Shown: piece after piece, positions 42,868 through 54,260 of the stretch
How the letters are laid out: each line of letters begins with the position of its first letter
Numbering within the stretch: the stretch's first letter is position 1
From: Hyaloraphidium curvatum SAG 235-1
Taxonomy: Eukaryota; Fungi; Monoblepharomycota
Assembly (NCBI GenBank): GCA_025558095.1
Contig: JAIVFI010000027.1
Coordinates: 124,001-188,000, forward strand
Direction of reading: 5' to 3'
DNA: 64,000 nt
Made by a program: the position numbers and the translations under genes
Notes under the pieces: model-generated
The model's input: only the letters and a program-made list of their open reading frames with translations
What the model was told of the DNA's origin: nothing
The model's database searches: none

Positions 42868-43840
42868 CGTGACCGGAGTTCAGGCCAGAGGCCGAATCGA
42901 AACTCAGGCTAAAGGACACATGGATCATGTAAGTTGCCGGCCGGCTCCAGACGCTTCGGAGCTCCCACCAACGGATCGGGGGACACCACGGCGTGGGCCC
43001 TGAAACTGCCACGCGCGCTCTGGAGTGCCTTCTGCGGCCGCGACGAGAGCAAAAGCAGTCGATAAGCAAGTAATGGGCCAAGAGTTCACGTCAGGGACAG
43101 CTTTGACGGCAGAAGGTGGACCAACCTTTCCGTGGTAGCGAAAGTCGGCGCGTAGGAGGAGTAGCGCGGGGATGTCAATCGCTGGCCGTCAGTAGCGACC
43201 GCGGCCCGCGGAAAGGTGGACATACGGAAGGCAAGGAGAAGGATGACACGTGCGGCTGGCCGAGTTCGCCTCCGCAAGTCCTTCTGGAGATGTGTGCTGC
43301 GGCGAGGCGCGGGGGATGTTGACAAGTCCCTGGCAGGTCCCTTGAGATGCTTCTTCCCGCTCTCCGCGGCCGCCGCCCAAACTAGACTTGGATTCATATG
43401 TATAGCGGATGGCCTTCAATCTGTGAAAGTACAAGTGTCGATCGTGGGGCCGGACTCTCTCGGAGAGGTCGGGCTAACGGCGTGCTGCGAGTGACGGCAC
43501 ATCATCGCCATACAGTCGGCAAGACATGACCACGCCACGTTGCAATGCATGATGCGGAGTTCCTGAACCTAACACTTGCGTTCTTCAGACGGTTGAGTCC
43601 GTCCCACTTGCCCGATCTCAAGGCCTCGAACGGTGTACACCAATCGGCCGGGCTAGGTTGTCGCAACGGGGCACCCAAACGACCTACACTTGGAGTATGT
43701 CGGCCCTGTAGCTTTATCACGAAGATGGCCGGCTTTTGCCGAGAATGAGAGGAAACCGGTGAGAGTGAGTTCAGATGAGCCGAGCCGGCGCAGCCGCCCG
43801 GCGGGCGGATCGTTGCCACAGTTGGCTCCACGGCCTGAAA

Positions 43841-46149
43841 ATGGAGGACAAAGCGAATCCTTCCACCGCTGGCACCGCCATGGACACTGCGACGGTGCAG
43901 GCCAGTGTGGAGGCCGTTCCCGCAGCAGCCGGCGACCCGCCCGCCTACGTGCCTCCGGGAGACAATGATATGGGATCCTCCACGCAGGCCGCTACCGACG
44001 CGGCCGCCGAGGAGAAACCGGCAGAGAAATCGGAAGCTGCGGAGCCCGTCAAGAAGAACTCGGGCCGGAGCCTCGTGCTCGTACTGCTCTCCATTGCGCT
44101 CGTTATGTTCTTGAGCTCGCTCGACATGACCGTGCTGGCCACCTCAATGCCCACGATCGCTCGCGAGCTCAACGATATCCAGAACCTGAGCTGGGTCGCC
44201 ACATCGTACCTCCTCACCAGCGCCGCCCCGATGCCGCTTTGGGGCCGTCTTTCCGACATCTTCGGCCGACGCCAAACGCTCCTCGCCCTCATTGCCCTGT
44301 TCATCGCCGCTTCGGCAATCTGCGGAGCTGCTCCGAATATGACAGTCTTGATCGTACGTTTGTGCGTGCTCCGCAGATTCGCCTTGCTTGACATGCCCTC
44401 GCCGTAGGTAGGTCGTGCGTTGAAGGGGCTCGGCGGCGGAGGCATGCAGTCCATCAGTTTCGTCCTCGTTGCGGAGCTCGTCGCCGTTCAGCAGCGCGCG
44501 TTCGTGCAGGGCTTGCTGCAGATTGTCTTTGCGGTGTCGTCGATCGTCGGCCCGCTCCTCGGCGGCTTCTTTGCGGACACGGCTGGATGGCGCTGGATCT
44601 TCTGGCTGAACTGCATAATCGGTCCGATCGCTTGGGCCGGCTTGTTTTTCTTCCTTCGGATCCCGTCCCGACGATCGGACTCGATGCTGAGCAAGCTGCG
44701 CAGTCTGGATTGGGCCGGCGTTCTCACCCTCTTGACGGCCAATGTTCTGCTTCTTTGCGGCCTAACTTTCGGCGGCCAGAAAGATATGGGCTGGAGCAGC
44801 CCAACCACCATCTGCTGCCTTGCCATCGGCGCAGCATTGTTAGTGGATCGCTAGCCGTGATCCCTCGCCCACCTGACCTCGCTCGCTGTTGCACAGCTAC
44901 CCCATCTTCGCTTTCGTGGAGTACAAGGCCAAGGATCCCATGATTCCGCTCCAGCTGTTCCGTATCCGCAACTACGCCTTGCTTGCTCCGTCCGCCTTCA
45001 TACTAGGCTTCAACATGCTCGGACCAACCTATTACATTCCTCTCGTAAGTGCGCGCGCGCTCCGATCGAAGCACAAGCTCATCTGCACCGCACCAGTGGT
45101 TTCAAATCATGCGCAACTCGTCCGCAACGGCCTCGGGCCTGTCGTTCCTGCCCGGGTTTCTCATGTCGACGGTCTCTGGATTCACGACTGGCTTACTCGT
45201 GTCCAAAACCGGGATAGGTAAGCAGCATGTCGTTCACTTCCTTGCTTCCTTCCTTCCGGTGCTTACGCGATGTGCCTTTTGCCAGTCATGCCTTTCTATC
45301 GAGCTGGTGAGCTTCGGTCGCCTGTCGCCTCCGCCCAGGTCTCCTTCTGAACGCGAATCTGCCAACAGGCTACGCCATTCTTGCTTTGGGCATGGGATTG
45401 GACTCGTTGTGGTCGGCAGCCATGCCGTACTGGCAACAGGCAATGCTGCTTGGGTGAGAGTCTTACCCGAAACGGTCCGGGAGAAGTCGCTCATGCTTCC
45501 ACGACAGGGTTACCGGCTTGGGCTTTGGTTTCGTCATCGTCACTTCGACGTTCATCGTGCAGGCTTCGGTGCCCCCGCGCGACATCGGGCCGGGCTCAAC
45601 CACTATTACCTTCTTGCAGTCGATCGGGGGCATCTTTTGTGTGGGTATCTCCTGGCTTCGGTGCGAACTGCCTCTCATTCTATTCCCCAGCTTGCTATCT
45701 TTAACGTCGTGCTCGCCATGGAGATGAATGACGTCCTGACACCCGAGCTGCTCGCCATCGGCAACGCCTACGGGATTCCGGCTTCGGTGATGGACGGCAT
45801 CAGCGAATCGGTTCTCGGGGGCCAAACGTCGACGACCCTTGCACCGTATGCGCAGTATCTTCCTCCGGGGAGCCCGCAGTACGACGAAACCGTCGTGGCG
45901 ATCCAGGGCGCGACGCAACAGGCTTTCCGCGTTCTTTTCCTCAGCATCGGGTGCCTAAACGTCATCCCGTTCGTGCTGGGTTGGTTCGTGAGGAAGCCCA
46001 GCCTGAGCGGCGGCGCCCTGGCCGTCATCGAATCGGACACGAACAAGAAGGACGCGCATGGAGTGGCGGAGTTTGGCGGTGACGAGGAAGTTTCTTTGGA
46101 AAGCACAGAGGTGGACGAGGGGTCTGTGAAGGGGGCGGCAAAGGAGTAG
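43841..46149 (+). CDS. MFS drug:H+ antiporter (DHA2, 14-TM), multi-exon
   Basis: FLSSLDMTVLATSMPTI, WVATSYLL, WGRLSDIFGRR, GLGGGG, GPLLGG, WRWIFWLN and LDWAG. Confidence 0.9.
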
Positions 46150-46279
46150 AGCGCAGGAGCGCGTCTGGTGGTTGGATATGCATGCATTGTTGAGTACATA
46201 TCACGCCTTCCCCTCGCAATCTGCGAAAGACCAGCTTCCGCGGTTCTGCTCAAAGTCGGCTCCCTGGGGATCGAGAAAG

Positions 46280-47095
46280 TCACGCCCTATATTTCTCAAG
46301 CACAGGCTTCGAGAGGCCCTTGTGCAGGATTCGGAGCACCTTGTCGTCGGCCTCCAACTTCAGGATCTCGAGTTCGCGCGGACCCCATCCCGGAGGAATG
46401 CCGACCTTCTCGGTGGAGGCCTTGAACTTAACTTCGGATGACCCAGCAACGAAGATCACGGTCTTGGCCGCGGGGTCGACCTTCCCGCCGGCCCAGCCGG
46501 CAGGCACCGCAGAGCCGAGCACGGTTTCCGAGAACTTCTCGCCGTCCCCCGCGTCCCGGAACTTAAACAGCGTCGCAGAGCCCGTGTCAAAGTCCTCTTT
46601 GTCGTACGTCGTGTCGAACCGGACCTCCTTACCCTCCTTGAGGGATGCGCCGGGTGCGGTGACCCAGGCGATCCGTTCCCCGTAGGATTCTCCACCGGTG
46701 CTGATGTTGGGCTTCGCAATGTCCTCGAGGAGCTCGGAGACCGGTTCAAAGGCCGTCAGCGTGACGGCCGACCGTGTCTCGTCCGCGACCGGCGCGGAGG
46801 TGACCTCGATCTTGTTGGGCGCGACGACCTTTACGTTCAGCGGGAACTTCCCCAGGGGCGTCGTGTAGCCCGGCAGGGCGGCCATCAGGGTCGTCGGCCC
46901 GGCGGCCGCCAGAGTCAAGGTCGAGCCCTCGACGGCGACGGACCCCGACTTGGTGTTCGGATCATTGTCAAGGAGCGCTCGCGTTCTAAAGTTCAGGATG
47001 CCGGGCTTCGCTCCCTCGGCGAAAGCGAGCGTGGGGCCCGAGCGCTTCTCGAAGTTGAAGGTCTTCCCGACCAGAGAGGAGTACACGTCGGCCAT
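46280..47095 (-). CDS. Intronless protein with an N-terminal META/HslJ-like domain
   Basis: Strong codon bias. PTLAFAEG..NTKSGSVAVEGSTLTLAAAGPTTLMAA resembles the META consensus (CN.fsG.y.veg.tLtf..stlMAC) without its cysteines. Confidence 0.65.
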   Translation of the reverse strand: MADVYSSLVGKTFNFEKRSGPTLAFAEGAKPGILNFRTRALLDNDPNTKSGSVAVEGSTLTLAAAGPTTLMAALPGYTTPLGKFPLNVKVVAPNKIEVTSAPVADETRSAVTLTAFEPVSELLEDIAKPNISTGGESYGERIAWVTAPGASLKEGKEVRFDTTYDKEDFDTGSATLFKFRDAGDGEKFSETVLGSAVPAGWAGGKVDPAAKTVIFVAGSSEVKFKASTEKVGIPPGWGPRELEILKLEADDKVLRILHKGLSKPVLEKYRA

Positions 47096-47198
47096 TGTTG
47101 TAACGCGGAGGTTGCGAATCGATTGTGCGGACACGAGAATTGTTGCTTTCGATGCGATTGTTGCGCGATGTTGAGCGAGGACACGGGAGACCCGGAGG

Positions 47199-47205
47199 TT
47201 TTATA
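47199..47205 (-). promoter_or_regulatory. Putative TATA box (TATAAAA)
   Basis: AT-rich hexamer in a GC-rich background, about 105 nt upstream of ATG 47095. Confidence 0.5.
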
Positions 47206-47364
47206 TGTGGAGGGGAAGTGGCGGTGCCGGATCAGCTCCCCCGAACCGGAGAGTCCGGGAGACGAATCTGGCCGAGCAGCGATACAATCCCGCTCATATT
47301 CAAACACCTATGACATTTACTCTTTTGCACGCCGTTTTGAGGCCTCGAAAGGCGGATTAGTCCT

Positions 47365-49382
47365 TCAAAGGCGCGGGACGGCGGCGATCCTGCCGGCGTT
47401 CTTGCGCAGCACGGCCACGGCCTCGTTGACCATGGAGTCCACGATTTCTACGGAGGGAAACAGTAAGAAACGATGTTGAGCTTCGTAAGCAGGCAGGAAG
47501 CATACCCTTAGCGGGAAGGACATCGTTGATCTGGGCGAATGATGGGTCAGCATCGAATAGATCGGCGCGGCTTCACCCCATAACGAGCTCACGTTGCCAG
47601 CAACTTGTCCCTGTAGGTCAAGAACGCAGTAAGCATGAGCATGATGAACGTAAGTGACAGCCGCGGGTTGGAACCCACCATAAGGTACGGCCTGGAGTCC
47701 AGCTGGAGGAGTTGAAGGCGCTCTCGTCAGCTCCCAAAGTGCACCTCGATAAACCGCCACGAACCATGAAAGTCGCGGGAAGCTCGCCGTTGTTCTTCTT
47801 CTTCAGCTCCTCGGCTTCCCACGACACGGGCAGGATACCCTTCGAGGTCAGGGACTTGATCTCGTCCTGGCGGTTCTCCTCCCCTGCGTCCCGGATAAGC
47901 GACGAAACGAAGCAACTGATCACGTAATCCCACAGTTCTGGAAGTACGGGGTCTTGCGGATGCGGAGCGGGCGGCCCGAGATGGTGACGGTCCTCATGGT
48001 GTCGGCGAGGTCCGCCGTGACGATGGCCTCCTGGTGCTTGGACGAAGCGCCGGCCTCCTTGGCGCACACGAAGCGGGTGCCGACCCAGACGGCCTCGGCG
48101 CCCATGGACAGCGAGGCGGCGAGGCCGCGGCCGTCGTAGATGCCGCCGGCGGCCACGACGTGGATGGGCTGGCCGGTGAACTTGGAGGTGTACTTGCTGC
48201 AGACGTCGACGACTTTGGGGATCAGCACGGTCGTCGTGATGTCGCCTGCGGGGCGGGTCGGACATCAGATATCGTCCACCAATGCCCCCTCGCGAGTCAC
48301 CCACCGGTGTGGCCGCCGCCCTCAGTGCCCTGAGCGCTGTCATCAGGAACGAGTCAGTTCGATCAACGGCGTTCAACGTGGATAATCCTACCAGATGATG
48401 TCCACGCCCTGCTCGATGGCCTTGAGCGCGTGCTTGGGGGCGCCGACCATGTTCATGACGGGGATGCCCGCAGCGTGGAGCTTGTCGATCGCCCACTTGG
48501 GGGGGACGCCGACGGCCGAGACGAAGAGCTTGGCACCCGACTCAATAATGACGTCGATCAGCTCGGGGAGCTGGCCTGAAATGCCGGAAATGCCGTCACA
48601 TTACGCCCTTCGCGTAGGAACGGGAAGGAATAATCACCGTGCGTGTAGTCGTCTGGAAGAAAGGCAAGAGCGTTAGATACAGCATCAATGTTGTAGAGAG
48701 TGAAGAGCTCACAGTTAGTCTTCCTGGCGTTGCCGCCGACCTGGGGGAGAGCGAGGTCTGGTAGGGGCGTGAATCAGAGGTGATGCTTGAAGCGAGCGTC
48801 GGCACAGCACGCACCAACGCCGAAAGGAAGGCTCTTGTCCTTGAGATCTTGCTGGTTGCGTTGAAGTTCGTGATTAGGTTAAGTATGAGGATCAGAGAGT
48901 GGGACGTAGTGACGTGAGCGTGACCACTTTGACAAGGCGCGAGAGCTACAAAAAGGCACCTTCAGAGCGGCAAGTTGCCTTCTCATGAACTCTAATTCAT
49001 ATACTTGGTCAGAAAAGGCCCTCTGGTGTACGGTGGAATGAAGGACGAGACTCACCGGGAGTGTAGCCGAGACCGCCCACGACGCCGAGACCGCCAGCGT
49101 TCGAAACCGCGGCAGCCAGTTCCGGACCCGATGCCGCCGACATGCCCGCCAGGATAATGGGGTGCTTGATGCCGAACAGCTTGGTCAGCGGGGTGACAAT
49201 GGTCTCCTTGGGCTCCTGCGGGCGGGCAGGCCGGAGGGGGTGAGCGGGAGCCCAACAAACGGCGCGAAGGCGGCCAATTGTGCCCATTGCGCGCGCACGG
49301 GCGACAGGAGCGGCGCCAGGTGGGCACGAAAGGGGATGCGGGGGTGCCGGAGCGCCCGTTCGGGAGGGCGGTACGGGACCAT
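47365..49382 (-). CDS. Nitronate monooxygenase / 2-nitropropane dioxygenase family, many micro-exons, ends PRL*
   Basis: TPLTKLFGIKHPIILAGM, ELAAAVSNAGGLG, VDLALPQVGGNARKTN, FVSAVGVPP, QGTEGGGHTG, VAAGGIYDGRG, GAEAVWVGTRF and GQVAGNINDV. The start position is uncertain. Confidence 0.9.
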
Positions 49383-49996
49383 CCCGGCGCTGCGGGAGGC
49401 CGAGTCGCGCCGCCAATGTACAGTCCATCGGCATAAAAACGCACCGGGACGGGCATTTTCGCGGCGATGGGTCGGCTGAAGGTGGGAGAACTGGCGGGAA
49501 GAGTGCGGATCGGGGTCTGCGGGAGAACAAATGCCGCGGTTGCCGATGGATGAATCCAACCCTCTGCGCTGGCCAACTGGAGTGACTAATCTTCTTAATA
49601 GACGGATGCTACGTGACACTCTGTGCCGGAAGCAAGCTTTAGCCTCGGCATCCGCAGCCGATCGCAGCCAGTCGCGCCGATTGAACAACGAGGGCGAGAA
49701 GGTCGGTGGCAAGTTCCTTCGGACCCCACGAAACGAGACGGGGCGGGCTCCGCGAGTCGAGTACAGTCTAAACTAGCTTTCTGAATGAGCAGGAAGGCGC
49801 TCGATCGCGGGATTTGTCCACTGCGACGCCCCAGGAGTTTTGCCTATCTGTTGCGCTAGCCTCTTCTCCAGCTACCCCCCGCTCAGCCCACCGCTAACAC
49901 TCGACTCCCACTGTCGCCCACTCCGCGGCCCCGCGTCGTCGTGCCTCCCTCGCTCCGACCCGCCGTGCGCGCCCCATCGGCCGCGACCCCACCGCG

Positions 49997-50798
49997 ATGG
50001 AGTCCGGCAAGCTCGGCGGCGTGGTCGCAGACCGCCCCACCATCCTCATCGCCACGGACTTTTCCAAGCACTCTGAAGACGCGGTGACCTGGGCCGTGGA
50101 CAACATGATCCTTTCGGGGGATAGGCTGCTGGTGCGTCGTGTCGCGTGTTGCCGGAACGGGAGGGGAGCTGAGCAGGAGGCCAGCTGTACCACGTCATTC
50201 CCGAGAACGCGAGCCCGGCGGGGAGGACCCCGATTGCCGAGGACGACGGTGGGAGTCGCGACGCTTGTTGCCTCGCCGCTTGAGCTGACTCCGACTTTTC
50301 CCTCTCCGCTTCCAGTCGGCCTCATGTTCGACGACGCCACGCCCGGCAAGGCCTCGCAGATCCACGAGGCTCGTGACGCGATGAACGGGCTCATGGCGCG
50401 GGTCACGGCGGCCGTGGGCAACATGGAGGACGTGGCGGTGGAGGGCTTGATCGAGTTTGGGTCGTCGGGCGAGGCGCTGGTGCAGAAGGCCAAGGCGATC
50501 CGGCCGAGGTTCATCGTCGTGGGCACGCGGGGGAGCCAGAGCACTTGGAGGGGGTACGTTTGCCCTGCGGATTGCCGCATGTCGTGTTTCTGACGCGCTA
50601 GTGTCCTCCAGCCTCGTCATGGGCAGCACTAGCTCCTACGTCCTCACGCACTGCGACATCCCCGTCATCATCTCCCGCGGCCCCAAGCCCGGGAGGCGGG
50701 GCTCGATCTTCGGGCCGCAGGGCGGGACGTCGGGTTCGGGGCAGTCGCCCGGGGGCGTCACCACGTCCGGCGGCCTGCTCGCCGCACCCAAGGAATGA
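49997..50798 (+). CDS. Universal stress protein (USP) family
   Basis: ILIATDFSKHSEDAVTWA, IVVGTRG and LVMGSTSSYVLTHCDIPVII; two introns. Confidence 0.88.
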
Positions 50799-51103
50799 GG
50801 GCTGGGGGGATCTCTTGCCGCCGTGGCCGGGCCAGTGGTCTCTATACCATCGGAAAAATGAATGCGGTTGTCGTTGTCGTCATTTGAAGCGGCTCCTGAC
50901 CTCCAACGTCGCCAGTGTTGCGATCGGGATGCTTCACCGAGCGATCGTCTCCCGCTCGCCCTCTCCACTCCCTGGGCACTAGCGCGTCCGAGCCCATTCC
51001 GCGACCTTCTCTCAGCGGTCCCCATCCTCCGCACAAGGCGCACTCCCCGACGGACCCTTCTCCCGAGCCCACGCGACACCGCTAGCTCCCTTCCGACCCG
51101 ACG

Positions 51104-51892
51104 ATGCCTCCCCCCGCCCCTGGCCCCCCGAAGCTCCTCCACTTCTACCTCGACCTCGTCTCGCCCTACTCGTACCTCGCCTTCCTCCGCACGCGCGACC
51201 GCGTGATCCCCTCGCGCCCGGAACTGCGCGTCGCGTTCCGGCCCGTGGTGTTCGGCGCCGTACTGAAGCACCACGGCCATTTGGGGACGGGCGAGATACC
51301 GGACAAGCGGAGTTGGATGCTGCGGGATCTGGCGCGGACGGCGGACGGGATGGGGATCGGGATGGGGTGGCCAAAGGTGTGCTTCTGCCTTCCTTGGCAA
51401 CCCGTGTCCGCACGCGTATGACGGCGGCCGCCCCGCGCGGCGCAGGTCCACCCGTTCGTCTCCCTGCACGCCCTCCGGCTGTGTTCCCTGCCCCCAGGCG
51501 ACCCGCGGCAGCTCCCCCTCCTCTCCCTCTTCTTCGACGCCGCGTTCGGCGCGTCCAACTTCCTGAAGCACGACCTCTCCAAGGAAGATTGCGACGCGCT
51601 CCTATCCGCCGCCATCGCCGACGGCCGCGTACCTGCAGACGTGGCGAGGGAACCCACGGCTGAAATGAAGGACCGCCTGCGCGCGTCGACGAACGAGGCG
51701 ATCAAGTACGGGGTGTTTGGGGTGCCGGCGTTCCGCGCCGAGGGGTCCGAGGAGGTCGCGTGGGGGAACGACGCGCTGGATGGGGTGATCGCGCGGCTAT
51801 GCGGGGAGCGGCGGGACGCGCTGCAGGATGAGGGGTGGAGGGAGTGGGTGGCCAAGGTGGAGCCGGTGAAGGGCGTGGTGCGGTCCAGGTGA
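51104..51892 (+). CDS. DsbA-like GST-kappa / 2-hydroxychromene-2-carboxylate isomerase family
   Basis: FYLDLVSPYSYLA, KRSWMLRDLAR, HPF, EAIKYGVFGVPAF and WGND; intron at about 51377-51445. Confidence 0.88.
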
Positions 51893-51900
51893 TCGGGGCG

Positions 51901-52576
51901 TCACTTCTGACGGATCTTCTGCTTGCCCGCGTAGGCGACCCAGCGCTGCACCTCGGGGTCGGCGAGCAGGAGCTCGACGGTGTTGTAGTTGAGCGCGAGG
52001 TCCTCGTGCGGATGGAGACGGTGCACGGCCGAATGGCACGGGCGGCACAGGGCGGCGCCGCGGGCGAGGTCAGATTTGGAAAAGATACCGCGCTTAAGGA
52101 GCTTTTTGTGGGTCTTTTTCGGGATCAGGTGGTGGAATGTCAGCCGCATTGGACCCCGGGCGCAGAGTTCGCTGGCGTGCCGAAAAGACTTTAGAAACGA
52201 GCTCCCGTAAGACTATGAAAGCGACCAACCAGTAGCCGGGTGGGAGATCCTCCTCGTCGTCCCGTTCCTCCTCCCCGCCGAGCCCCTCCAACAGCCTGCC
52301 CGCCTTGACCTCGTCCTCCGCGGCCTCCAGGACGTCCTCGGCGATCAAACCCGCCACCAGCGCGTCCGCATCGATCCCGTAGTCCGCGAGCACCCCCGCG
52401 ACCGCCGATTCCGCCGCGTCGGGCGAGCAGACCGCGCCGTCCGGCCCGCGCAGCTCGTCCGCGATCTGCTCCGCGGCGTCGCGCGCGCCGCCGTCCTCCG
52501 CCAAAGAGGGGAGGCGCCGCAGGAGCGCGGCCTCGGCGAAGCGGGAGAGCCGCGCGGAGTCGGCAGGCGCGGACAT
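51901..52576 (-). CDS. YisB-like HNH-motif zinc-binding protein
   Basis: After splicing: GYCELCARG..LTFHHLIPKKTH..LCRPCHSAVH..LALNYNTVELL. Confidence 0.8.
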
Positions 52577-52968
52577 CGGGGAGATTTGGGGTGAGCGTGG
52601 ATCGCGGGTGGTGCAGCCGCAGGCGGCGGGAGTTCCCGACTCGCGATGTGCGGCATAGCGGTGGGAACGGATCGATGGAGGGCCGATCATCGAGGACGAC
52701 AGGTGCTCGGCATATAAGGCCCACGATCAACCGGCAGGAGATGGCCCGGAGATAGCGGCAGTCCGAGCGGACGTCGAGCAACGAGACCGAAACTGGAGCT
52801 GCGTGGCATCCCCCAGTCGGCGGCCCCAGCCGGCTGCGGTACGACCCGTCATACTTACATCACGATGCCAAAACGCGGCATTGCAGCTGCAGATGGTTCG
52901 TCATTCGCAGTTTGAGGGATGGCTGATCGACCAGGACCCAGCGAGTCACCTCAAACGCGACCTCCGCG

Positions 52969-54237
52969 ATGAGCCCATCGCCGCCCCGCGGCCCGCTCGC
53001 ATTCATTCTGCCGGTCGCGGTGCTGCTTACTGTCGCGGCAGTCGTGCTGCTGCTTCCCGCGGGGGCATTGTCGCGACCGCCGCCGCCGTGCCCGGCGCGC
53101 CCGCCGCTGCCGCTGCTGTCGCCCACGACGTTCTTCTTCCTTCCCTCCCTCGCCGAAATCGAGGCCGAACGGCCGGCCCTCGCGCGCTGCGGGCTGACCA
53201 AGTTCGCCGCGGCGGCGCAGGCGTACCTTTCCGACCACCCGCTGCGGACCGACGACCCCGCGCACGCGACGCTAGCCGTGTTCCCGCTGTACCTGGCATG
53301 GGAGACGAACTGGCCCGTCTACGGCGGCTGGTTCACAAACAACTCGGCGCGGCAGGGCAAGTTCTGCCGGCACGTCGTCGTCGACGCCGCACGCGCGCTG
53401 GCGGACGCCCAGCGGCTGCCCGTCCTGCTGTACGACTCGATGCCGACATACGACTTCCTGGGCCACGTCCCCCGGGGGGCGCCGGATCCGTACCGGGATC
53501 CGCGGCTCATCTGGGCGCGCCTCAACGCGCTCGACAAGCATCACCGCCCCGGCTGGGACATCGCCTACCCGCCGCCCATGACGGACAGCTTCGCGCGGCT
53601 GGCCGTGATGCCCGAGTTCCGCCCCGGAGGACGCCACCTGCCGGCACGGCTGCCGGGGACCGCAGCCCCGGCCCGCGCCTCCGCCGTCTTCTCGGACCCG
53701 GACTACGCGCACTTCCTCGTCTTCCGGGGCAACCTCGCCAACCACCCCGTCCGCGGGCGCATCCGAAACGCCCTCCTCGCCTCGGGCGGCGGCCGTCTCC
53801 CCCCCGGCGTGATCTACGACAGCGGCGGCCCCGGCACGGAGGGCGACCACGCGCGCATGCTCTCCTCCTCCGTATTTGCCCTCGCCCCCAGGGGCGACGT
53901 CGAGTTCAGCTACCGCTTCACCGAGGTCGCCTGCTCCGGCGCCGTCCCCGTGCTTGTGGCCGACGGCTGGGTCCCCCCCCTGGAACCTCTGGCCCCCTTC
54001 TTCTCGTACGGCGTGCGGATCGCCGAGTCCGACGCCGACCTCGGGGGGATGATGGACCGGCTCCGCGGGATCTACGAGCGGGGGGGGCACGCCGTCATGC
54101 GGGAGGCGGCGCTGAGGTTCTGCCACCGCCACGCGGTCACGGTGTACAGGGGGTTCGACGCCGTGGTGGGGCTGGCGATGCGGACGGCGGCGGCCAACGG
54201 GACGGCTGCGGGGCGGGGTGGGGGGAGGGAAGCGTGA
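52969..54237 (+). CDS. Exostosin-family (GT47) glycosyltransferase, intronless
   Basis: N-terminal TM anchor, HPLRTDDPAHATL, WDIAYP, LVFRG, SVFALAPRGD..SYRFTE and GAVPVLVADGWVPP. Confidence 0.87.
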   Translation: MSPSPPRGPLAFILPVAVLLTVAAVVLLLPAGALSRPPPPCPARPPLPLLSPTTFFFLPSLAEIEAERPALARCGLTKFAAAAQAYLSDHPLRTDDPAHATLAVFPLYLAWETNWPVYGGWFTNNSARQGKFCRHVVVDAARALADAQRLPVLLYDSMPTYDFLGHVPRGAPDPYRDPRLIWARLNALDKHHRPGWDIAYPPPMTDSFARLAVMPEFRPGGRHLPARLPGTAAPARASAVFSDPDYAHFLVFRGNLANHPVRGRIRNALLASGGGRLPPGVIYDSGGPGTEGDHARMLSSSVFALAPRGDVEFSYRFTEVACSGAVPVLVADGWVPPLEPLAPFFSYGVRIAESDADLGGMMDRLRGIYERGGHAVMREAALRFCHRHAVTVYRGFDAVVGLAMRTAAANGTAAGRGGGREA

Positions 54238-54260
54238 TGCGTCGCGGGGGGGGGGGGGCT

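Noticed and set aside
51901-52576. HNH gene as a homing endonuclease or mobile element
   Set aside because: It contains a spliceosomal intron, has no flanking repeats or host intron, and matches a conserved cellular YisB-like type.
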